Assembly (NCBI GenBank): GCA_030390025.1
Contig: JASTWF010000034.1
Location: 4,340,001 to 4,404,000, forward strand
Source: Squalus acanthias
Taxonomy: Eukaryota
DNA length: 64,000 nucleotides
Reading direction: 5' to 3'
Below the pieces are notes generated by a model. That model saw only the letters and a list, made by a program, of their open reading frames with translations. It did no database searches and was not told where the DNA came from. Position numbers and translations under genes: made by a program. This document shows, in pieces, positions 10,373 to 20,893 of the stretch (position 1 is its first letter; each line of letters begins with the position of its first letter).

Positions 10373-13300
10373 TACTCCCAGGGCAGATACAGCCCGGGTG
10401 AGATACAGAGTAACGCTCCCTCTACACTGTCCCATCAAACACTCCCAGGGAGGTACATCACGGGTTAGATACAGAGTAAAGCTCACTCTACACTGTTCCA
10501 TCAAATACTCCCAGGGCAGTTACAGCCCGGATTAGATACAGTGTAACGCTCCCTCTACACTGTCCCATCAAACACTCCCAGGGAGGTACAGCACGGGGTT
10601 AGATACAGGGTAAAGCTCCCTCTACACTGTCCAATCAATTACTCCCAGAGAAGTTACAGCACGGGTTAGATGCAGACTAAAGCTCGCTCTACACTGTCCC
10701 ATTAAACATTGCCAAGGTAGGAACAGCACGAGTTAGATACAGAATAAAGCTCCCTCTGCACTGTCCCATCAAACACTCCCAGGGCAGGTAAAGCACGAGT
10801 TAGAAACAGAGTAAAGCTTCCCTCTCCACTGTCCCATTAAAAGCTCCCAGGGCAGGTGCAGCAGGGGTTAGATAGAGAGTAAAGCTCCCGCTACATTGCC
10901 TGATCAAACATATCCAGGGCAATTACAGCACGAGTTAGATACAGAGTAAACCTCCCTCTACACTGTCTCCTCAAACACTCCCAGGGCAGGTACAGCACGG
11001 GTTAGATACAGAGTAAAGATCCCTCTACACTGTCCCATCAAACACTCCCAGGGAAGGTTCAGCACGGTTTACATACAGAGTAATGCTTCCTCTGCACTGT
11101 CGCACCCAACACTCCCAGTGTAGGGATAGCACGGGTAGATACAGAGTAAAGATCCCTCTGCACTGTCCTTTCAAATACTCCGGAGTCAAGAACAGCACTG
11201 GTTCGATTCAGAGCAAAGATCCGTCTGCACAGTCTCATCAAACAATTCCAGTGCTGGAACAGCACGGATTAGATACAGAGTAAAGCTCCCGCTACACAGT
11301 TCCATCAAAGAAACCCAGGTATAGGGAGCACGGGTTGGATACAGAGTAAAGATCCCTCTGCACTCTCCCATCAAACACTCCTAGGGCAGATACAGCACGG
11401 GTTAGTTACAGTGTCAGCTCCCTCTGCACTGTCCCATCAAACAATCCTAGGGCAGGTACAGAACGGGTTGGTTAAAGAATAAAGCTCTCTCTTCACTGTC
11501 CCATCAAAAACACCTTGGGCAGGTACAGCACGGGTTAGATAACGAATGAAGCTCTCCCTTCACTGTACCATCAGACAGTCCCTAGTCAGGAACAGCACGG
11601 GTTAGATTCATAGATAAGATTGTCTGCACAGTCCCATCAAACACTTCCATTGCAGGAACAGCACGGGGTAGATACAGAGTAAAGCTCCTTCTAAATTGTC
11701 CCATCAAACAATCCTCGGGCAGGTACCGCACGGGTTTGATACACAGCAAAGTTCCCACTGGACTATCGCATCAAACACACCCAGGTAAAGACAGCACTGG
11801 TCAGATTCAGAGTAAAGCTGCCTCGGCACTGTCCCATCAAACACTCCATGGGTAGGTACAGCACGGGTTAGATACAGAGTAAAGCTCCCTCTACACTGCC
11901 CCGTCAAACATTGCCAGGGTAGGAACAGCACGGGGTAGATACAGATTAAAGCTCCCTTTACACTGTCCCATCCAACACTCCCAAGGCTGGTACTGCACGG
12001 GTTAAATACAGAGTAAAGCTCCTACCACAGTGTAGAGGGAGCTTTACTCTGTATTTAACCCATGCTTTACCTGCCCTGGGAGTGTTTGATGGGATAGTAT
12101 AGAGTCTACACTATCCCATCAAACACTCCCAGGGCAGGTAAAGCATCGGTTAGATACAGAGTAAAGCTCCCTCTACATTATCCCATCAAACACTCCCAGG
12201 CCTGGTACAGCACCAGGTTAGATACCGAGTAAAGCTCCCTCTGCACTGTCCCATCAAACGCTCCTAGGGCAGATACAGCACGGGTTAGACACAGAGTAAA
12301 TCTCCCTCTACACTGTCCCATCAAACACTCCTAGGGCAGATAAAGCACGGGATAGATACAGAGTAAAGCTCCCTCTACACTGTCCCATCAAACACTTCTA
12401 GGGCAGATACAGCACAAGTTAAACACAGAGTAAATCTCGCTCTACACAGTCCCCATCATACACTCCGAGGGCAGGTACAGCACGGGTTAGATACCGAGTA
12501 AAGCTCCCTCTACACTGTCCCATCAAACACTCGGAGGGCAGGTACAGCACGGGTTAGATACAGAGTAAAGCTCCCTCTACACTGTCCCGACAAACACTCC
12601 CAGGGCAGGTAAAGCACGTGTTTGATACAGAGTAAAGCTCCCCCTACATTGTCCCATCAAACACTCGCAGAGAAGGTACAGCACTGGTTAGATACAGTAT
12701 AAAGCTCCCTCTACACTGTCCCATCCAACATTGCCAAGGCAGGTAAAGCTCGGGCTAGATAGAGAGTAAAGGTCCCTCTACACTCTCCCATCAAATACTC
12801 CCTAGTCAGGAACAGCACGGGTGAGATTCATGGTAAAGTTTGCCTGCACAGTCCTATCAAACACTTCCATTGCAGGAACAGCACGAGTTAGATACAGAAT
12901 AAAGCTCCCTCTGCACTCTCCCATCAAACACTTCCAGGGCAGGTAAAGCACGAGTTAGAAACAGAGTAAAGCTTCCCTCTACACTATCCTATCAAACACT
13001 CCCTGGGTAGGTGCAGCAGTATTTAAATACAGCGTAAAGCTCCCTCTACACTGTCTCATCAAAAACTCCAGTGCTGGTATAGCACGGGTTAAATATGTAG
13101 TAAAGCTCCCTCTGCAATGTCCCATCAAACACTCCCAGGGCAGGTATAGCTCAGGTTAGATACAGAGTGAAGCTCCCTCTACACTGTCCCATCAAACACT
13201 CCCAGGGCAGGTACAGCAAGGGTTAGATACAGAGTAAAGATTTCCTGCACAGTCCCATCAAGCACTTCCATTGCAGGAACAGCACGGGTTAGATACAGAG

Positions 13301-14778
13301 TGAAGCTCCCTCTCTGCTGTCCTATAAAATACTCCCAGGGGAGCTACAGTTCGGTTTAGATACTGAGTAAACTCCCTCTACACTCTCCCATCAAATACTC
13401 CCTAGTCAGGAACAGCACGGGTTAGATTCATAGTAAAGATTTCCTTCACAGTACCATCAAGCACTTCCATTGCAGGAACAGCACGGGTTAGATACAGAGT
13501 TAAGCTCCCTCTACACTGTTCCATCAAACATTCCCAGGGCAGGTACAGCACGTGTTAGGTACAGAGTAAGCTCCTTTTGCATTGCCTGATCAACCACAAC
13601 CAGGGCAGGTAGAGCACGAGTAAGAAACAGAGTAAAATTCCATTTACAGTGCCCCACCAAACATTCCCAGGGCATGCACAGTCCGGGTTAGAAACTCAGT
13701 AAAGCTCCTTCTGCACTGCCCCATCAAACACACCAGGTATAGACAGCACGAGTTAGATACAGAGTAAAGCTCCCTCTGCACTCTTCCATCAAACACTCCC
13801 AAGGCAGGTAAAGCACGGGTTAGATAGAGAGAAAAGCTTCCTCCACCCTGCCCCATCAAACATTCCCAGTATAGAGACAGCACGGGTTAGATACAGAGTA
13901 AAGCTCCCTCTGCACTGTCCCATCAAACACTCCCAGGGCAGGTACAGCGCGGGTTAGATACAGAGTAAAGCTCCCTCCACCCTGCCCCATCAAACATTCC
14001 CAGTATAGAGACAACACGGGTTAGATACAGAGTAAAGCTCCCTCTACACTGCCCCATCAAGCACTCCCAGGGCAGCTACAGCACGGGTGAGATACAGAGT
14101 AAAGCTCCCTCTACACTGCCCCATCAAACACTCCCAGGACAGGTACAGCACGGGTTTGATTCACAGTAAAGCTCCCTTTGCACTGTCATTTAAAATACTC
14201 GCTAGTTAAGAACAGCACGGGTTAGATTCAGTGTAAATTCCGACTGCACAGACTCATCAAACACTTTCAGTGCAGGAACAGCACGTGTTAGATCCAGACT
14301 AAAACTCTCTCTAAAATGTCGCCATTAAACACTCCCAGGGCAGGTACAGCATGGGTTCGATACAGAGTGAATCTCCCTCTACACTGTCCCATCAAACAGT
14401 CCCGGGTCAGGTACAGCACGGGTTAGATACAGAGTAAAGATTGTTCTGCACTGTCCCATCAAACACTCCCAGGGCAGGTGCAGCACGGGCTAGATACAGA
14501 GCAGAGCTCCCTTTGCATTGTCCCATCAAAATCTCCAAGGGCAGGTACAACACAAGTTAAATACAGAGTAAAACTCCCTTTGCATTGTCCCATCAAACTC
14601 TCCAAGGGCAGGTACAACACAAGTTAAATACAGAGTAAAACTCCCTTTACACTGTCCCATCTAAGACACCCAGGGCAGGTGCAGCACGGGTTAGATACAG
14701 AGTAAAGCTATCTCTACACTCTCCCATCAAACACTCCCAGGGCAGGTACAGCATGGGTTAGATACAGAGTAAAGCTCA
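10373..14778 (+). repeat. 67-bp satellite array, part 2 (about 65 diverged monomers)
   Basis: Continuous 67-bp periodicity; one inverted monomer at ~12028-12103. Confidence 0.97.
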
Positions 14779-16117
14779 CAGAATCATAGAATCATAGAAG
14801 ATAGGGTCAGCAGTAGGCCATTCGGCACCTCGAGCAGGCTCCGCCATTCAATGAGATCATGGCTGATCATCCACATTCAGTATCCTGCCCCGGCCTTCTC
14901 CCCATATCCCTTGAACTATTTAGCCTTTAGAAATATATCTAACTCCTTCTTGAATATATTTAATGAGTTGACCTCAACTGCCTTCTGTGGTAGAGAATTC
15001 CACAGGTTCACCACTCTTTGGGTGAAGAAATTCCTCCTCATCTCTGTCCTAAATGGCTTACCCCTTATCCTTAGACTGTGACCCCTGGTTCTGGACTCCC
15101 CGGCCATCGGGATCATCCTTCCTGCATCTACTCTGTTTACTCCTGTTAGAATTTTATAAGTTTCAATGAGATCCCCTCTCATTCTTCTAAACTTCAGCGA
15201 GTATAATCCCAATCGACCCAATCTCTCCCAATACGTCATTCCTGCCATCCCAGGTATCAGTCTGGTGAACCTTCGCTGCACACCCTCCATGGCAAGAACA
15301 TCCTTCCCCAGATAAGGCGACCAAAACTGCACACAATAATCAACATGTGGTCTCACCAAGGCTCTGTACAACGGCGGCAAGACATCCTTGTTTCTGTGCT
15401 CGAAACCTCTCGCTACGAAGGCCAACATACCATTTGCCTTCTTAACCGCCTGCTGCACCTGCATGCTTACCTTCAGCGACTGGTGCACAAGGACACACAG
15501 GTCTCGTTGCACTTCCCCTTCTCCCAATCTATTGCCGTTCAGATAATAATCTGCCTCCCTGTTTTTGCCACCAAAGTGGATAACTTCGCATTTATGCACA
15601 TTCTACTGCATTTGCCATGCATCTGCCCAATCACCCAACCTATCCAAATCATGTTGGAGTTTATCGGCATCCTCCTCACAGCACACACGCCCAGCCAGCT
15701 TTGTGTCGTCTGCAAACTTGGAGATATGACATCTAGTTATTCGTCTAGAACTAGATCATTAATATATATTCTGAATAGCTGGGGTCCTAGGACCGATCAC
15801 TGCGGTACCCTACTAGTCACTGCCTGCCACTCGGAAAAAGACCCGTTTATTCCAACTGTTTGCTTCCTGTCTGCCAACCAGTTCTCTATCCAAGTCAGTA
15901 CCCTGCCCCCAAACCCATGTGCCTTAACTTTACACGCTAATCTCTTGTGCGGGACCTTATCGAAAGCCTTCTGAAAGTCCAAATACACCACATCCACTGG
16001 TTCTCCCTTATCTATTTTATCAGTTACATCCTCAAAAAAATCTTGTAGATTAGTCAAGCACGATTTGCCTTTTGTAAATCCATGTTGACTTTGACCGATC
16101 CTGTTACTGTTTTCCAC
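14779..16117 (-). mobile_element. 5'-truncated CR1 LINE
   Basis: Minus-strand ORFs 15797..16117 (QHGFTKGKSCLTNL, YLDFQKAFDKVPH) and 14916..15599; (TTCTATGA)n tail at ~14780-14802. Confidence 0.95.
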
Positions 16118-16119
16118 CC

Positions 16120-16879
16120 AAGTGGCTACCCTTGTGAATTATACTTGTGTAGAAAAGACTGATACTTGGATGTTTTTAGTAATAACATGTATAAGTTTAA
16201 CTGTGTGTGTAGAATAGTGAACTTCACATTAACCAAATATCTACATTCAGTGTGACCTGTAATGACTTGTGCATAAATTGCTGAGGCTTGCTCAAAATGT
16301 AACTGCAAAGACAGCCAGGACTAGTGAAGACTGGCTCTGATAACGGACAGTATCGCAGCTTACGCAGTTTATGAGGCCTTGTACTGCCTGTACCAGGGAA
16401 GCTAGAAATGAGAGAGATAAGGTCAATTCCAATGGGGTGAAGAACTATAAACAAGATAACGATGAACAGGGTAAAGTTGTAGGAAAAATACTGGAAAAGT
16501 GAGGCCAGGATGCTAAACTTAGTCTGAGTGACAATGGTGTTTTGATCATTAGAACCTATTAAAATAGGTGATTTTGTTAAAGTCCATATATGGACAATGC
16601 CCGCATGAACTTTTGATAAGATATGGGTTAAAACCTTGATACTCGAATAACAACTTTACACAGACCTACTGCAAGAACAAAGGAACAGACTGAAGATGAC
16701 GTCACCGGTGTCCGAGAGGTTCCACAGACCAAGGGCTGCGAGCTACTCGTTAAACTATCGCCTGCTGTTCAGTCTATTACGCTGTAAGCTTAATAAATCT
16801 TGATCTATTGCTCAAACATACTGGCTGCTGCCTATTGGTGTTTAGTCCAAGAACTCTGAGAGATCATAAAGCTCTTACA
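16120..16879 (+). mobile_element. Probable LTR remnant (left end not identifiable)
   Basis: No coding signal; CRE TGACGTCA at 16697; AATAAA at 16792 followed ~80 bp later by a ...CTTACA terminus adjoining unrelated Harbinger sequence. Confidence 0.4.
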
Positions 16880-18747
16880 CTTTTGTGTCATCTTTTTCTT
16901 CTGCATGCATCTACGAGGAGCTAGCCCTGTGGCTTCAGCAGAGGTAGAGGCAGCCTGCTCTCTTCCCTGCTGACAAGGAGGCGGGGAGCACCTTGTTGCA
17001 CAGCAGTGAGGCCATGAGGACCCACGTCTATGCTGACATCCCTGTTAGAGAGGAGGTCTATGAGCCTCTGCCATCTATTCTCTATAAATAGCCATCTATT
17101 CTCCATAAAGACCATGTGCTCCTCTGAGTGGCGCATTAGCTGCTCCATGTAGCTGCCCATCCGATCCATGGAGGAGCCTACAGTCACCATTGCCTGTGAC
17201 AAGGTGGTGGTCATGTTGGAGATGGATTCCTCCATTCTCTGAACATTTGCAGACATCGCGCTCGCAAAACCTGTCAGAGCGCCCCTGCACTTCTTGCTGC
17301 TCCTCCAGGATCGCCCTCTTTCTAGATGGCCCCCGAGGCTCAGCGTCTGCATGCAGCTGAGCAGAGCTGGGAGCGTCCTGCGCCCTCCGGCAAGGAGACT
17401 CCACTGCTCTCCCTCTCTCCACCATCTGCTCTTGCACACTTGTGAGTTCTGAGACACCAGTTGACAACAGTACTCTATCTATGTCTTGTGATGGTGCACC
17501 CTCAGCGGCTGAAGGCTCCTCTGAGGAGTCATCTTCCTCTTTCTCCTGGACATTGGAGGGGGGAACTCTTGATGGACCTGTGCGAGAGTGAAGATATGAG
17601 TTAGATATGTCATATGAAGAATGGGTACAGATACCATTATGCACATGATGACCATTCAGTGAGATCAGTGCCCATTTGAGTGATGGATGTATGCCATGTT
17701 GCTGTATGATATGTAATTCTGTCACCAGGTTGCTGAGATGTCCCCCTCGCTCCATCTCCCACCTCCAGCTGCTCAGCGACTCCAGATATTTCTAAAGCAG
17801 CCTCCTCTGCTATTGTAAGGTTTGCAAATGATGGAGTGCCACCGCCGGTTCACCCCTTCTCCCTGTTATTGTCGGCTCTCTTTTCCTGCAAGGAGGGAAA
17901 AAAGAGAAGTTTGAGTGAGACTGATGGAATGAATCTAAGGACTGGATGGGTTAGATATTTAGAGGGTGACTATGATGGAGTGGGGTGCCAAATTCATGTG
18001 GCCTCTTTGTGTGTTGTTAGTTGGTATGATTGCACAAGGGTGAGTGTGAGTGTCAGGGGTGGCTATTGAGATGGGGATGTGATAATGCAAACAGAAAGAG
18101 AGGGACGGGTGGACGTGCAAGGTATTTTGGTGTGAGTAAGAATGTGCAGGGGTAGGGTTGGGAAGGCAGAGTGATGGGGGTGTGATGAGAGGCATAGCAA
18201 GATGAAGGTGAGTGTGGCTTTGTACTCACGTTTCCTGATCTAATGAGATCATTGTAACGTTTGCGGCACTGTACCCAGGTCTTGCTGACAACATCCCTGC
18301 TGGTGACCCCCTCTGCAATCTCCAACCAGGCTGTTTTAGTGTCCTGGGGAGGTCACATCCGTCCATTGGAAGAGAAGAGGACCACCCTGAATGCTTTGAC
18401 TCCCTTCATAAGCATATGGAGGAAGCCATCAGACAACCTGGGTGCAGCACTCTGCCTCTGTGCAGTCATTGACAGTGTTTGCAGCACTCCAATGCTGCAG
18501 TGCACTGACAGCAGTATGTTACATTGACATTCAAGTCCAGTGTGGCCATGGCCCGTTTAAAGATCCCGGCTGAAAACGCTTAATCAACGATGTCAACAGT
18601 CCAGAACCGCATCATTTAATTGGACCGGGTAACACGCTGGGTGGGCTCAATAGGTCCGACTAACGTAATGTCATTTTCAGCAGCGGGCTGACGACCCGCC
18701 ATTGCCACCGCCCGCACCGGACCTGCCAGGTAGGCACAATTCCAGCC
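16880..18747 (-). mobile_element. PIF/Harbinger DNA transposon fragment (Myb-gene half; transposase absent)
   Basis: Myb-like gene plus GC-rich subterminal region ending in a candidate TIR ggcacaattccagcc at 18733-18747. Confidence 0.6.
16921..18469 (-). pseudogene. PIF/Harbinger Myb/SANT-like protein gene, three exons (18469-18230, 17885-17726, 17577-16921), inactivated
   Basis: Exon 1 MTAQRQSAAPRLSD...AWLEIAEGVTSRDVVSKTWVQCRKRYNDL; exon 2 EKRADNNREKG*TGGGTP...LTIAEEAALEI; GT-AG sites with compatible phases; two TGA stops and a frameshift in exon 3. Confidence 0.8.
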
Positions 18748-18934
18748 GTGTTTTTACGGCCTTGAGGAGACCATGATCCATATGTATTTTCAGTGTGAGA
18801 GGTTGCAGCCTCTGTGTCATTACCTGAAGTGGCCGGTGGGCACCGCAGCTCAGTGAGGTGATAATCGATCCTCACTGTCACATTGTGATTTAATTATTGT
18901 TTGTGTGTGTGGCTGTATTGTACATACTTATTAC

Positions 18935-19038
18935 AGGAATAACAACAGAACATGTTGGAAACACTCAGCAGGTCAGGCAGCATCGAGGAGAGAGAAACAG
19001 AGTCAACGTTTCGGGTCCAGGGCCCTTCGTCAGAACTG
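18935..19038 (-). mobile_element. Penelope-like terminal-repeat fragment
   Basis: Homologous to the arms at 20673-20960; contains a hammerhead motif. Confidence 0.7.
19001..19037 (-). ncRNA. Minimal type I hammerhead ribozyme motif (diverged copy)
   Basis: Minus strand AGTT-CTGACGA-A-GGGCC-CTG-GACCC-GAAA-CGTT-GACT. Confidence 0.6.
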
Positions 19039-19194
19039 TTACTGGATATTTGTGGTGTGCTGGGACACTTGCCTTATTGGTTTATATCCACGTCTAGTGA
19101 AAATGGGGCAACTTAATGTCACCCCGCTACAGGTAGTGAACAAAGGACCAATTTGAAAATGTGAATGAGCTCTTCACCAATTGGAACTTTCAAT

Positions 19195-19740
19195 GGCGGT
19201 GTTTTTACCCAGGATCCGCCGCGCGGCAGAAAGTGCCCAATCAATGACTGCAGGATTCCACTGCGCAGGCGCGGGACCGAGGCGTGCTCTGAGCATGCGC
19301 AGTACGCGTGGTGACGTCAAGAGTAATATCGGACAACAATAAAAGCAGCGGGCAGAGAGAAACAGAGCGAACGGTTCAGGTCATTTTCTGTTGTACTAAT
19401 GGCCGAAAAGGCGGCTCGAGAGGCGGGAAGTCATTGTGGGGGCCGGGGAGGAATAGGCGCCGCGGCGGGACTGGGGAGCTTCAAAAACACCGGACGGAGG
19501 GCTCAGGCCCCAAATATGACGCCGTGGGTGCCGTGTTTGCGCCGCGGCGCCAGGCCCGGCCGCCGGGTTGAGCGGGTGACTGTCCGCCCGTTTGCGAGAG
19601 GATTTCTCCGCGGCGAGAGCCCCGGGTTACCCCGGCAACCGGCCGTCATCTTGGTGAAGGAAGGCGTGACTTGTCCCCGCGCCGCCATCTTGGACAGGGC
19701 GGGATCAGGGCGCATGCGCCGCCCACTCCCAGAGCAGGTG
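19195..19740 (+). promoter_or_regulatory. CpG island and probable promoter of the ZNF locus
   Basis: CpG-dense; NRF1-like tgcgcaggcgc (19262), gcatgcgca (19293) and gcgcatgcgc (19710); CRE TGACGTCA (19312); YY1-like gccgccatcttgg (19681); GC box (19697). Confidence 0.7.
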
Positions 19741-19769
19741 CAACTGAAGCTGTTTTTTATATTCGTTTC

Positions 19770-20277
19770 TGCCATGTGGGCGTCGCTGGCAAGGACAGAA
19801 TTTATTGCCCATCCCTAATTGCCCTTGAGAAGGTGGTGGTGAGCTGCCTTCTTAAACCGCTGCAGTCCGTGTGGTGAAGGTACTCCCACATTGCTGTTAC
19901 GTAGGGAGTTCGTGGATTTTGACCCAGCGATGATGAAGGATCGGCGATATACTTCTAAGTCAGGGTGGTGTGTGACTTGGAGGGGAAACTGTAGGTGGTG
20001 ATGTTCCCATGAGCCTGCTGCCCTTGTTCTTCTATGTAGAAGAGTTCGCGGGTTTGGGAGGTGCTACCGATCACGAGCTGGCGAATTGCTGCAGTGCATC
20101 TTGTAGATGGTACACACTGCAGCCACGGTGCGCCGGTGGTGGAGGGAGCGAATGTTTCATGTGGTGAATGGGGTGTCAATCAAGCGGGCTGATTTGTTCT
20201 GGATGGCGTCGAGCTTCTTGAGTGTTGTTGGAGCTGTACTCATCCAGGCAAGTGGAGAGTATTCCATCACACTCCTC
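19770..20277 (-). mobile_element. Second LINE family 3' fragment
   Basis: MEYSPLAWMSTAPTTLKKLDAIQNKSARLI; paralog of 5590-6135. Confidence 0.8.
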
Positions 20278-20739
20278 GCACACAGGGGCTGCATAACTGG
20301 AGAGCAGAGGGAGGGAGAGAGTGGGTTGGGGCAAAAATATGGTGCAATGGGTAAGGATTTCAGCACAGGGAGAGGGAGAGTGTGTGGGACAGGAATTTAC
20401 AGCTTTTGGGGGAAACAAGAGAGGAAAGATTGTTCCATAGAAAGTAGAATTGTCTGTTCTGAATTTATGTCCTATACTTAGTGATGACTTTTGTAATCTC
20501 CTTTTTCAGGGTATTAGAAGGGGAGGATTTGCAGACAAGAAACTCAAAACAAACATCACGCCAAGATCTGAGAGTCACTCGATTCATCAGGCCCTGAATA
20601 TCATCGGCCTTTGAATGCGGAAGGAGAAATCTTTCTCTGTGCAATAGCAAAATACTGCGGATGCTGGAAATCTGAAATAACAACAGAAAACGCTGGAAAA
20701 ACTCAGCAGGCCAGGCAGCATCCGTGGAGAGAGAAAGAG

Positions 20740-20776
20740 AGTTAACGTTTCAGGTCGATGACCTTTCGTCAGAACT
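20740..20776 (-). ncRNA. Minimal type I hammerhead ribozyme motif (left arm)
   Basis: Reverse complement of 20857-20893. Confidence 0.7.
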
Positions 20777-20856
20777 GTGAAGAGCCGGAAATCAAATAGA
20801 TTTAAGGCCAGAGTAAAGCCTCTGGCCTTAAATCTATTTGATTTCCGGCTCTTCAC

Positions 20857-20893
20857 AGTTCTGACGAAAGGTCATCGACCTGAAACGTTAACT
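20857..20893 (+). ncRNA. Minimal type I hammerhead ribozyme motif (right arm)
   Basis: AGTT-CTGACGA-A-AGGTC-ATC-GACCT-GAAA-CGTT-AACT: core boxes, 5-bp stem II, palindromic AACGTT stem III, 4-bp stem I. Confidence 0.7.

Noticed and set aside
12026..12032. RSS heptamer CACAGTG at the inversion junction (and CACTGTG in some 51-mers)
   Set aside because: No nonamer at 12- or 23-bp spacing and no Ig/TCR segments.
8215..14778. ORFs such as MLYLPWECLMGQCRGSFTLY; superficial CRISPR-like periodicity
   Set aside because: The 67-bp unit is not a multiple of 3 and is contiguous with no unique spacers; the context is eukaryotic satellite.
19399..19818. 139-aa ORF in the CpG island
   Set aside because: GC-rich stop-poor frame with no recognisable domain; runs into LINE sequence.
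20809..20819. Palindrome centre cagagtaaagc matches the 67-bp satellite
   Set aside because: Only 11 bp; cannot be distinguished from chance.
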